DNA of 45,981 nt from a virus (lineage: Duplodnaviria > Caudoviricetes), in IMG/VR virus record IMGVR_UViG_3300024186_000003, positions 1-45,981 of that record; one strand, 5' to 3'. The notes under the pieces were generated by a model. It had not been told where the DNA came from. It saw nothing but the letters and a program-made list of their open reading frames with translations, and did not search any database. The position numbers and the translations under genes are program-made. This document shows, in pieces, positions 26,357-35,097 of this stretch (within the stretch, counting starts at the first letter, position 1; each line of letters opens with the position of its first letter).

Positions 26357-28608
26357 TGGCCGGATTTGGCGATGCGCTCAGTATTCTTGGCGATGCGCAA
26401 CAATCAAGACCTGATATTTCTACAACTCCCGAAGGCCGTCCTCACATCTTTATCTACCCTCGCGAGGCGCAGACGAAATCAGGGGATTTCGGGAGTGCGC
26501 TCGGCATCTTGTCGAATACCGACACGCCAGCGCCAAGATCATCACAGTCACAGCCGCACGATATTGGAGCGGTGGAATCTTTTAGGACGGGTCTTAAATC
26601 TGGTTTGACGGCTAATTTCAGCGATGAAATTCTAGGAGCGTCGGCTGCTGGCAAGACAATGCTGCCGGAAGGCGTCAACCCTAAACTGTCACCACTCGGG
26701 GAGATCATAAGTGCCGCAGGTGGCGCAATGCGGCTCGGTTATGAAGCGATTGCCGGACGCGGGGCAGGTACGCAAGCCTACGAACAGGCGCGCGATGCTG
26801 AGAGAGAAAACCAGCGGCTGGCATCGGAACAGCATCCGATTGCCAATCTCGCCGGCAATGTCGCGGGCGCCGTGGCGCTTCCTGTCGGTGGTGCTGCGTC
26901 TGCCATTACGATGCCAGCGCGCATGGGCGTCGGTGGCGTGCTCGGCGCGGCCTATGGCGGGGCTTACGGGGCAGGCGAAGGGACTAACCTTGAGGATCGC
27001 GCCAACAGGGCAGCCAGCGGGGCTTTAATCGGCGGTGCGGCCGGTGCGGCTGCCCCTCCTGTCATGTCGGGGCTTGCAGCCGCAGGCCGGGGGATTTCAG
27101 GAGCTGTGGGGACTGTTTTAGGCCACCCCATTGAAACGGCCAGAGCTGGCCTAGATGTGAACGCAGAGGCTGCCCGTCGCGTCGGCAATAACATTCTTGC
27201 GGATATCAAGACAGGCGGCGGCGGCATGACCGCTGCTGATCTGGCTGCGGCAAGGGCTTCCGGTCAGCCCACGTCCATTATTGACGTAGGCGGCGAGCAT
27301 ACCCGTGATCTTGCTAGATCGGCCGCCAATACGTCGCCAGCGGCTCGTTCCGCCTTGGATGAAATGGCCGGTACGCGGTTTGAGGATCAGTCAACCCGAA
27401 CCGCTGATTTTATCAAAGGACTTATTCCGACAGCGGGCAACGCGACCAGGACACAAGAGGCAATCGACGCGGCGGAGCGGGCGGCCAATAAAGGCGGTTA
27501 CGCTCGGGCCTACTCGGCGGGTGATCGAAGCATCAACTCTCCTGAATTAGAGCGGTTGATGGGCAGTCCGGATGTTGTTGCTGCCATGAAAAAGGCAGTC
27601 GAAAGCGGCAAGAGCCGGGCCATAGCGGATGGTATGGGAGGCTTTAACTCGACGGTCAAAGTCACGGATGACGGACGAGTTATCTTCAACAAAGGACCCG
27701 GCGGAGTTCCGACATATCCCAATCTTCAGTTCTGGGATTACACCTATCGAAACTTGCGGGACGCGGGGCAGGCGGCATTCAGGGCCGGGCGCAATGATGA
27801 GGGAAGCTATCTTTCAAGCCTGTCAAAGCAATTGCGCTCTGATCTGGATAATGCAGTTCCAGAATACGCCAAGGCACGCGGTGTAGCCTCCGAGTTTTTC
27901 CAGGCTGAGAACGCGTTGGAGGCCGGTCAGAAATTCGTCTCTATGCGTGGTCCTATTGAGGAAGCCCGCATTGCTCACGCCAAGATGACGCCTACGCAAA
28001 AGGCGATGTTTGCGGAGGGGTTTGTTTCGGACCTTACGGACAAGATTTCGAAGATACCCAACAACCGTTCTGTCACGATTGACCGTATTTTCAATTCACC
28101 GGATGGCAAAGCCCGCATTGAACTGGCGCTTGGCAAAGACAAGGCTGATGATCTGCAATACTTCCTGCGCCGGGAAAACATGATGGACCTGGCGCGGACG
28201 GCCATTCGTGGAAACTCGACAACCGTTCGCCAACTTATTCAGTCCGGTGTCGCGGGTGGCATTGGTGCTGCGGCTGGCGGTGCTGCGGAGGCGGCGCTTA
28301 CCGGAAACATGGATGCCAAGTCTATTCTATCGGCCGCTCTTGTCGGCGGCGCTGCGGCTGGTCACAGGGCCATCAACTTCAACGTAGCCCGCCGCGTCGG
28401 TGAAATGCTCGCCAGCAATGATCCTGCCGTTCTGAGAACAGCAATCAAAATGGCCAAGACAAACCCGGATGCCGGGCGGGCCGTTGTTCGCGGTGAACAG
28501 TTTCTGGAAAAACTAATCGGTCAGCGCGCCGGTGATGCCAGCCCGATTATTTCGACGGGAATGGTGCCAGTGCGAGCAGACCAGCAACAGAATAATCAAC
28601 TCCAATAG
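26356..28608 (+). CDS. Large DNA ejection protein (gp16-like position)
   Basis: 750 aa with Gly/Ala-rich membrane-like segments (GAAYGGAYGAGEG) and a GNSTT motif. Confidence 0.7.
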   Translation: MAGFGDALSILGDAQQSRPDISTTPEGRPHIFIYPREAQTKSGDFGSALGILSNTDTPAPRSSQSQPHDIGAVESFRTGLKSGLTANFSDEILGASAAGKTMLPEGVNPKLSPLGEIISAAGGAMRLGYEAIAGRGAGTQAYEQARDAERENQRLASEQHPIANLAGNVAGAVALPVGGAASAITMPARMGVGGVLGAAYGGAYGAGEGTNLEDRANRAASGALIGGAAGAAAPPVMSGLAAAGRGISGAVGTVLGHPIETARAGLDVNAEAARRVGNNILADIKTGGGGMTAADLAAARASGQPTSIIDVGGEHTRDLARSAANTSPAARSALDEMAGTRFEDQSTRTADFIKGLIPTAGNATRTQEAIDAAERAANKGGYARAYSAGDRSINSPELERLMGSPDVVAAMKKAVESGKSRAIADGMGGFNSTVKVTDDGRVIFNKGPGGVPTYPNLQFWDYTYRNLRDAGQAAFRAGRNDEGSYLSSLSKQLRSDLDNAVPEYAKARGVASEFFQAENALEAGQKFVSMRGPIEEARIAHAKMTPTQKAMFAEGFVSDLTDKISKIPNNRSVTIDRIFNSPDGKARIELALGKDKADDLQYFLRRENMMDLARTAIRGNSTTVRQLIQSGVAGGIGAAAGGAAEAALTGNMDAKSILSAALVGGAAAGHRAINFNVARRVGEMLASNDPAVLRTAIKMAKTNPDAGRAVVRGEQFLEKLIGQRAGDASPIISTGMVPVRADQQQNNQLQ

Positions 28609-28671
28609 CCACAGCGGCGGCGACAAGCACGAAATTATGAGCGCGCCGGCTATCGTCTTTACAGCCCGCAT
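28513..28671 (-). CDS. Possible 52-aa antisense membrane protein (superinfection-exclusion position)
   Basis: Hand translation MRAVKTIAGALIISCLSPPLWLLELIILLLVCSHWHHSRR...; weak AGGT RBS. Confidence 0.3.
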   Translation of the reverse strand: MRAVKTIAGALIISCLSPPLWLLELIILLLVCSHWHHSRRNNRAGITGALTD

Positions 28672-28681
28672 GGGAACCTAA

Positions 28682-30145
28682 ATGGCCAACCGTTATCCCG
28701 ACCCTGATATCACATATGTTGACGCAACGGGAGCACCCTATGCCGGGGCACAACTGTTTTTCTATGAGACAAATTCGTCAACAAAACTGGCTATTTATTC
28801 CAATGCCGGGCTGTCGATCGCGCGAACCAATCCGGTTGTTCTGGACTCGGCTGGACGTGCTGGCTCGATCTTCCTTCAGAATGCACAGTACAAGGTTGTT
28901 CTAGCCCCAGCCGACGATACCGACCCGCCGACCGCTCCGATCTGGACGCAGGACCCGGTTTACACGTCCGACTACAGCGCAGCGGCCAAGTTCACGTCAG
29001 GGTCCGGTAGTCCGAATGGGACAGTAGCAGGTACGGCTGGGTCAACCACGACACTGGCTGATTCCTATTGGGATATAGCCAATAACATTCTCTATATCTG
29101 CACCACGACAGGAACGGCAACGACCGCAGTCTGGACGGCTATCAATGCGTCAACGGCCGCAGCGGTGGTGCCGTCTCCGCAGGGAATACTTACTCCGACA
29201 AGCGGGACGCCAATTATTCCGGGGGACTCGTCCGCCGCGACGACGCTATACTACACCCCGTATAACGGCCTGCTGGTTCCGATCTACAACGGGACATCAT
29301 TCGCGCCGACCAGCATAATTTCTCAGCTTCAATACACGCTGACTTCAAGCTTGGTCGCGGCCAATATCTATGATTGCTACATCTTCCTGCTGAACGGCGT
29401 GGCCACACTTGGAAGCAGTCCGTCATGGAGCGCAGGTTCCGGCGGGTCTGTTACGGCAGGATCATGCGCGCGCGGCACGGGGGCAGGCGGGACGGCGCTG
29501 TCCCGTCTCAGCGGCATTAATACGAATGCCGTATCCATGACGATGCGATACGGTGACGGAACCACGACAACGACCGTTGCGGCAAATCAAGGAACGTATG
29601 TCGGGTCCATTTATATGGATGGCACCAATGGCCAAGTATCGTGTCTGCGTACACGAGGTCAGAATCGAAAATGGGGAATTTGGAACGCTTACAATCGCGT
29701 TCCTGTGACCATTCAGGTCGGTGACGACACGGCCTCTTGGACTTACAACTCGGCAACAATCCGCGCCTCAAACAATGTGCCGGCGGCTTATTCGGCAACA
29801 GAGTTTAATGTCGGGAGTGGTACCGCTTCGAATGGTTGCGTTGTTTTTAGCGGTCTTGCAGAGGATATTTACAATATTGAGTTTGGGCAGAATGCGGGGT
29901 CAACGAACAGCTCTACCGGCGGTCCTATTATCGGGGTCGGCTTCAATTCAACCACTGCATTTGCCGGTATGGCTCCCACCATTATTTCCACGGCGGCGGC
30001 GGTGCCAGGAACAGGAACGTCAACGCTAACTGTTGCCCCGACATTGGGGATTTCCAATCTCTGTTGCCTTGAAAAAACAACCGTCAACAGCACGTTCTAC
30101 GGAACGTCTGCCAATATGGTTATGACCGTCACTTGGAGAGCATGA
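28682..30145 (+). CDS. Tail fibre/spike with an N-terminal virion-binding domain
   Basis: D..G.P.AGA.L.FYE......AIYS......RTNPVVLDSAGRA..IFL....YKVVL head-binding-type N-terminus; Thr/Gly-rich body. Confidence 0.8.
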   Translation: MANRYPDPDITYVDATGAPYAGAQLFFYETNSSTKLAIYSNAGLSIARTNPVVLDSAGRAGSIFLQNAQYKVVLAPADDTDPPTAPIWTQDPVYTSDYSAAAKFTSGSGSPNGTVAGTAGSTTTLADSYWDIANNILYICTTTGTATTAVWTAINASTAAAVVPSPQGILTPTSGTPIIPGDSSAATTLYYTPYNGLLVPIYNGTSFAPTSIISQLQYTLTSSLVAANIYDCYIFLLNGVATLGSSPSWSAGSGGSVTAGSCARGTGAGGTALSRLSGINTNAVSMTMRYGDGTTTTTVAANQGTYVGSIYMDGTNGQVSCLRTRGQNRKWGIWNAYNRVPVTIQVGDDTASWTYNSATIRASNNVPAAYSATEFNVGSGTASNGCVVFSGLAEDIYNIEFGQNAGSTNSSTGGPIIGVGFNSTTAFAGMAPTIISTAAAVPGTGTSTLTVAPTLGISNLCCLEKTTVNSTFYGTSANMVMTVTWRA

Positions 30146-30146
30146 A

Positions 30147-32333
30147 GTGAGACACATCAAATCGGTTTGTTTAGCCGCCCTTGGGGCGGTTTTTTTGTGC
30201 CTGCCTGCCGCCGCGCAATGGCAGACGCCGCAATATTCCATTCCTATTGGTGCGGGCACCGGAACCGGATTTAAGTTCGCAGCACCTGGAACGGCCGGTT
30301 ATGGCTTATTCAGCAATGGCGCGTCATCCAATCCAAGCTTTCAGGGATTCTTGCAGGCCGGGACGGGAGCGGCGACACGGACATGGAATAGCAAGGCGGC
30401 AGATACGCTGTCTGTTACTGATTTCGGCGGCCTCACTTCGGCAAGTGCGGTCACTAATATGGCTGCGTTTCTTGCGTCAGCAAACTCCGCTGGCGCAGAT
30501 GGGAAAAATATAAATCTCATCGGCGGTACATACGCGCTGGACGGGTTGAATTGGTACGGAACGGCCACAAATTCCTATAATCTATTGGTGCAGGGCGCAG
30601 GCAACGGCCGGAGTTTCTTGCAATGGTCTGCCGGTCACGTTGGAAACTTCGCTGCATTTGGCGCTGACGCCTATCACCAAGGTGTCACGCTCAAAGATAC
30701 GACGTTCGACGCCAACGGAACGGCGAACCCAGGAGGCGGTGCGGCCGTTACGTTTGTCGGCGGCATTCTCAATACCCTCAACAACGTAAACGTAATCAAT
30801 GCCCCCGGTGTCGGCATCAATCTCGCACCTGGATCGGCTTATGTCGGCCTTAATATGTGGGGCGGGCAGGTTCTCGATTGGGACAAGAACGCCGATGGAA
30901 ATGCCGGGCTTACGGCTACCGGCATTTACAATATCAACATCACTGGCACGGAATTTGGCGGCAGCAATCGGGCGTCGACCGCGGCCATCGATTTCAATGC
31001 GCTCGGCAACGATGCCGGACTTGATCATATAAACTTCAACAGTAACGCGCAGATTCAGCTTCGCATCCGTGGCGGCACATCATGGACCACCACGTCAAAC
31101 AGCCAGTTTCATACTGGCAATGATCCAACCGCAACACAGGTTGGAGTTAGCGTCGAGGATACCAGCGAGCAGTTCGGGTTCTCTAACAACATCTTTTTCA
31201 ACCTCGGGGCCGAAGACTACAAGTTCACAAATACTGGCTATAATTCAGTTGTTGGCGGCACCGCATATACGTCAACGTCGCGAACTCAATCCGTCCTGCT
31301 GTCCAACTCAAGCAACAACAGCATTGTGGGGTTTATCGCCAAAGGTACGTTTAGCACGGGGTCAATTGTCGAGAGTGGAACGGCGAATAACAACAGCATT
31401 ATCGGTGGCGTCGGGAGTGTCGTAGTTTCCGGCGCTGGTAGCAAGGTTGTTGGACGTATCGGCTCTGACGAATATCTTGGTCCTTTGCATGTTCGAGGAT
31501 CAGGAACATACGGAATTGATCTGTCTGGTGGGACGTGGGCGACCAATGCGATCAAGGCAACAGGGTTCACGGTTGATCCAGTTGGATCAACAACCATTAA
31601 TACAGGAACGCTTGCCGCTGGCGCATCCGCTTTAACCATAGCTGCAACGCAACCAGCATCTCCCGCTGCGACGCAGTCTGGAATTATCTTTAGCATTATA
31701 GGAGCCGGGTCGGCTTCGCAGAATAATTTTGCGCTCAATGTTGGTTATAATGCTGGATATACCGGGCCAAATTCTACTCGGGCAGGCATCTTCATAAACG
31801 CAAACCTCGGCACTGGAACGACGGTTATCCCTGCCGCCGGCTCAAACGGCTTCGTCACCAACCTTGGAGTGACGGCAAATACCAACGGTACAGGAACAGT
31901 AACCAATGTAGGCGCTGGCGGTGTTGCATCAAACGGGTCATTCAATTTTGGTTTGGTTGGCCTATCTCAGGTTGCCAAGAACTCTGCAACCAATATCGCT
32001 GTTGCTGGCTCGGCAATAAATACAGGGTCGTCTCCCGTCCATGTCGGAGGGTGGTTCTCGCTCAATCAGACAACATTCCCGACAACCTCAGCCGCCCTAA
32101 TCGCGGACAACGGAGCGCAGACTGATGCCATATTCCTTGGCATGGATAACGGGTCAACGGTTTTTACTATTGCCGATGGCGGAAACGTGACTTCTACGGC
32201 GGTCATCCGGGCGAACGGTGGATTTAACGCGAACGGGTCGGCTGGCGTCAGCACGACATGCACCGTGACCGCAGCAAACACCTATGTTTTCACCTTTGGG
32301 CTTCTCACAACGAAGGGCGCGAATTGCACATGA
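30147..32333 (+). CDS. Tailspike-like beta-helix protein with an N-terminal signal-peptide-like sequence
   Basis: Tailspike neck FLQAGTGAATRTWNSKAADTLSVTDFG, Asn/Gly-rich beta-helix, N-terminus MRHIKSVCLAALGAVFLCLPAAA-Q. Confidence 0.8.
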   Translation: MRHIKSVCLAALGAVFLCLPAAAQWQTPQYSIPIGAGTGTGFKFAAPGTAGYGLFSNGASSNPSFQGFLQAGTGAATRTWNSKAADTLSVTDFGGLTSASAVTNMAAFLASANSAGADGKNINLIGGTYALDGLNWYGTATNSYNLLVQGAGNGRSFLQWSAGHVGNFAAFGADAYHQGVTLKDTTFDANGTANPGGGAAVTFVGGILNTLNNVNVINAPGVGINLAPGSAYVGLNMWGGQVLDWDKNADGNAGLTATGIYNINITGTEFGGSNRASTAAIDFNALGNDAGLDHINFNSNAQIQLRIRGGTSWTTTSNSQFHTGNDPTATQVGVSVEDTSEQFGFSNNIFFNLGAEDYKFTNTGYNSVVGGTAYTSTSRTQSVLLSNSSNNSIVGFIAKGTFSTGSIVESGTANNNSIIGGVGSVVVSGAGSKVVGRIGSDEYLGPLHVRGSGTYGIDLSGGTWATNAIKATGFTVDPVGSTTINTGTLAAGASALTIAATQPASPAATQSGIIFSIIGAGSASQNNFALNVGYNAGYTGPNSTRAGIFINANLGTGTTVIPAAGSNGFVTNLGVTANTNGTGTVTNVGAGGVASNGSFNFGLVGLSQVAKNSATNIAVAGSAINTGSSPVHVGGWFSLNQTTFPTTSAALIADNGAQTDAIFLGMDNGSTVFTIADGGNVTSTAVIRANGGFNANGSAGVSTTCTVTAANTYVFTFGLLTTKGANCT
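30174..30196 (+). terminator. Terminator-like hairpin inside the 5' end of the tailspike gene
   Basis: gccgccc-ttg-gggcggt followed by a T-run. Confidence 0.6.
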
Positions 32334-32554
32334 GGAAGATTGTTTTGGCTTTACTGTTGCTCGCAACCCCTGCATTCGCGCAGCAACCGACAACGGCTCA
32401 CCAACTGCAAGCCTGCAACTCGGCTCTATTCGAAGATATCCAGCGCGATCTTAACGTGCGCGCGCAGGCTTTCAGCTATGCCGAACAGGTCGCGAAGCTG
32501 AAGGAAGAAATCAAGGCGTTAAAGGACAAGTACGAACCTGAGAAAAAGGATTAG
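32330..32554 (+). CDS. Small secreted coiled-coil protein (fibre chaperone position)
   Basis: MRKIVLALLLLATPAFA-Q signal peptide; C-terminal heptads; ATGA-coupled to the tailspike. Confidence 0.7.
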   Translation: MRKIVLALLLLATPAFAQQPTTAHQLQACNSALFEDIQRDLNVRAQAFSYAEQVAKLKEEIKALKDKYEPEKKD

Positions 32555-32733
32555 CGGTTGGTGGCCTCGGCCGCCGCCTGACTGCCTTTGTCCATTAGAT
32601 ACTGCCGCTCGTTTCTCCACCCGTTGTACCAATCAGTCCATTGCTCTGACTTCGGATGATGCGGGTTATCGCGCAGGAATTGTCCGGCACGAAACGCAGC
32701 GGTACCTTCGTTAAATTCCTTCGATTTCCACAT
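32551..32733 (-). CDS. Rmf/CrpP-like small protein (moron)
   Basis: FNEG..AF.AG.....NP.......WTDWYNGW pattern; AAGGA RBS. Confidence 0.6.
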   Translation of the reverse strand: MWKSKEFNEGTAAFRAGQFLRDNPHHPKSEQWTDWYNGWRNERQYLMDKGSQAAAEATNR

Positions 32734-32754
32734 ATGGCGCTTCCTTAGGTGTGT

Positions 32755-32934
32755 CTAGAAATAGTCGTGCCGAAGCCTATCCACTGCCTCCTCGATCATG
32801 GAGTCGGGGTCGGCATCCTGCATCTTTCTGACCTCAACGTGATGATCAAGAACTTTATCGTCCTCGGTGCGGCGAAGGATTTTTAAGGCCCCGCGCATCT
32901 TGAGAATGTCCGTCTCGCTGTAATTCCGTGTCAT
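32755..32934 (-). CDS. 59-aa hypothetical protein (moron)
   Basis: Hand translation MTRNYSETDILKMRGALKILRR...RLRHDYF; GGAG RBS. Confidence 0.55.
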   Translation of the reverse strand: MTRNYSETDILKMRGALKILRRTEDDKVLDHHVEVRKMQDADPDSMIEEAVDRLRHDYF

Positions 32935-32955
32935 GGCGGCTCCGGGGCAGGCCGC

Positions 32956-32985
32956 ATTCTAGCGCGGGTAACTAAAGGAAGGCAA
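32956..32985 (-). promoter_or_regulatory. Sigma70-like moron promoter TTGCCT-N18-TAGAAT
   Basis: Directly upstream of the two leftward ORFs; overlaps the endolysin RBS on the other strand. Confidence 0.5.
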
Positions 32986-32991
32986 TTCGCA

Positions 32992-33642
32992 ATGTTTGAC
33001 GAAGCAACGCTGCGGCGCCTTTGGCCGCACGGCGATCAGAAAATACCGGGTTTAGTCGCTGGAATTGCGGCCAGTGCCCCGACTGTTTTCCCAAAATACG
33101 GGATTACCACCCCGCTCGTTGTAGCCCACGCGATGGCCCAATTCAGCCATGAATGCGGGGGCGGCACGGAAATGGTGGAGAACATCAACTACTCCCCGTC
33201 TCGGGCCTGTCAGGTATGGCCGTCTCGTTTCAGCAATGAGGGTGAGGTTTACCGAAAGGTCGGTTCATTTGAAGGCGATCCTGCTTTCCATACGAAGCTT
33301 ATGGACAGCGTGTACGGGAACCGCATGGGCAATCGCCTAGGTACGCATGACGGCTCGGCATTCATCGGTCGCGGGCTTGCTCAAACGACCGGACGCGAGG
33401 GCTACGAGAAGCTTAGCGCCAAGACCGGCCTCGATCTTGTCAACCATCCCGATCTCGTAAGCTCACCAGAGAACGCCCTTGAATGCGGCGTGGCTGACTT
33501 TGTGATTTGCGGGTGTGTTCCGCCTTCCGAAAATGATGACGTGCGAAACGTCACGAAGCGATTGAACGGCGGGTTTATCGGGATTGAACAACGCATTGCA
33601 TGGCTTGCCAAGTGGAAGTCTGCGCTATCGGTTTCACAATAG
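32992..33642 (+). CDS. Endolysin, glycoside hydrolase family 19
   Basis: AH..AQ..HECGG....ENINYS, YGNRMGN...DG..FIGRGL.QTTGR..Y and TKRLNGG..G...R motifs. Confidence 0.9.
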   Translation: MFDEATLRRLWPHGDQKIPGLVAGIAASAPTVFPKYGITTPLVVAHAMAQFSHECGGGTEMVENINYSPSRACQVWPSRFSNEGEVYRKVGSFEGDPAFHTKLMDSVYGNRMGNRLGTHDGSAFIGRGLAQTTGREGYEKLSAKTGLDLVNHPDLVSSPENALECGVADFVICGCVPPSENDDVRNVTKRLNGGFIGIEQRIAWLAKWKSALSVSQ

Positions 33643-33651
33643 GAGACAATA

Positions 33652-34011
33652 TTGAACACCGCACAAAAAATAGCTCTGACGATTGGCATTCTTGGATTTG
33701 TCGCGACGGGCGGCACGCAGCTAACCGATATCTTTGCACCGTTCGGGTCGGCGGCTCCTCTGATTGTCAAGGAAATCGTTTCCCTGTCCGGTTTCGTCTC
33801 CGGTGTTCTCGGCATCGTTCTTACGTTCCTGACCGGGCAGGGAGGGCAGGTTGCCGCCGTCCGTGAAATGCCGGGCGTTGAGAAAATCCTAGTCAACGAA
33901 AGGGCAAACGCCACGTTGGCTGCAATGGCCGTTGATAAATCCCTGAACAAGATCGAAGCCATTCCGAGCGCAAAAGCTACCGTGGCTGAAACCGCTCGGG
34001 CGGCATCATAA
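33652..34011 (+). CDS. Holin-like membrane protein
   Basis: Two hydrophobic segments; follows the endolysin; AGGAG RBS with a TTG start. Confidence 0.55.
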   Translation: MNTAQKIALTIGILGFVATGGTQLTDIFAPFGSAAPLIVKEIVSLSGFVSGVLGIVLTFLTGQGGQVAAVREMPGVEKILVNERANATLAAMAVDKSLNKIEAIPSAKATVAETARAAS

Positions 34012-34024
34012 TAGGAGTTATGCA

Positions 34025-34342
34025 ATGAAACGCCTTCTAATCGTCCCGCTGCTCGCGCTGGCTCTGGCAAGTTGTACCGACTCTGAAAAACAAATGGCGG
34101 CCGATGCAGCAGAATATTCTCTCGATGTGCTGTGTGCGAACCTTTCTACGGCGGACATGGCGGCGCGTAATGTCCTCAAATCAAAGAATGCAAATGGCAC
34201 AGCGTTTCGCATCGAGGCAGACGCAGTAGCGGCCGTGCAGGGCATTTGCGATAGGCGGCCGGTGCAGAACGCAGGCAGCGCGCTTGCTGCTGCGTCTGCT
34301 GCATTTGCCAAAGTTGTGCTTGCTGAGCAAGGGAGGCTGTAA
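34025..34342 (+). CDS. Lipoprotein (possible spanin component)
   Basis: MKRLLIVPLLALALAS-C lipobox. Confidence 0.7.
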   Translation: MKRLLIVPLLALALASCTDSEKQMAADAAEYSLDVLCANLSTADMAARNVLKSKNANGTAFRIEADAVAAVQGICDRRPVQNAGSALAAASAAFAKVVLAEQGRL

Positions 34343-34716
34343 TGAGTGCCATTGGCACAATCCTCAGCTTCGTCGGGCCGATTGCATCGATTGCTTACCC
34401 GCCGGCCGCGCCGTTTATCGCATTCATCCAGAAGGCGGAGCCTTATGCCGAAACTGCTATCCCGCTATTGCAGGATGCGGTGAAGGGTGGCCCCGAGGCA
34501 TTCTCGGCATTCAAGGAGGCCGCGCCGGAGTTTACCCAGCACTTGCGCGACTTCGCTTCGTTCCTCAAGACGGGCTCTGGTGGTGAACTTGCGGGCGTCA
34601 GTGACCACGAACTAGCCACGCTAGGCGCCCACATCGCAGGAGTTGATCCTCCTGGCTGGACGCACGACGAGACGCAGCGATGGTGGGATCAGGCGCAAGG
34701 AGGGCAGGCGTCATGA
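34342..34716 (+). CDS. Hypothetical lysis-module protein
   Basis: GGGAGG RBS, TAATG coupling, amphipathic N-terminus. Confidence 0.65.
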   Translation: MSAIGTILSFVGPIASIAYPPAAPFIAFIQKAEPYAETAIPLLQDAVKGGPEAFSAFKEAAPEFTQHLRDFASFLKTGSGGELAGVSDHELATLGAHIAGVDPPGWTHDETQRWWDQAQGGQAS

Positions 34717-34838
34717 TGCGAGCAGCCATTGCTATTCTCATCGCCTGCATGGTGTTGGCGGCGTGTGGAAAAAACTGCGCTGGTGGCATAGGCGGCTGCA
34801 CGCCTGCCGTTCCTGATGCTCCAAGCCGGTCGCGCTAA
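34713..34838 (+). CDS. 41-aa lipoprotein (MMRAAIAILIACMVLAAC-GKNCAGGIGGC...)
   Basis: Hand translation; LAAC lipobox; coupled on both sides. Confidence 0.55.
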   Translation: MMRAAIAILIACMVLAACGKNCAGGIGGCTPAVPDAPSRSR

Positions 34839-34966
34839 TGTGGCCGTACATTGGAATGATTATTCTTGTGTGCGTGCTGGTCTCTTTCCTGACCGGAAAG
34901 AACAGCGGCACAAGTCTTGCCGGCAGTGGCGATCCGCAATGGGGCCGGGCTGACGGGCCTAAGTAG
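34838..34966 (+). CDS. 42-aa single-TM protein
   Basis: Hand translation MWPYIGMIILVCVLVSFLTGKN...; TAATG coupling. Confidence 0.5.
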   Translation: MWPYIGMIILVCVLVSFLTGKNSGTSLAGSGDPQWGRADGPK

Positions 34967-34968
34967 CG

Positions 34969-35097
34969 GGTCAGTGCGGCGCGTGAACGTCGCACCAACC
35001 CTGACCACATTACGAAGCACGGAGGCTTCGCAGCATGGCTGGAACTATTCAACCACAAGTTGGGGCCGTCAGCCATGGGCATTGGAATCATGATTGA
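34969..35097 (+). promoter_or_regulatory. Structured leader with a hairpin-held SD and a 20-codon leader ORF (35035-35097)
   Basis: Nested stems GGTCAG/CTGACC and TGCGGCG/CGTCGCA; CGAAGC-ACGGAG-GCTTCG hairpin; the leader stop overlaps the next start. Confidence 0.55.

Noticed and set aside
28682-32333. Diversity-generating retroelement or shufflon acting on fibre genes
   Set aside because: No reverse transcriptase, no TR/VR pair and no inverted crossover repeats seen by eye.
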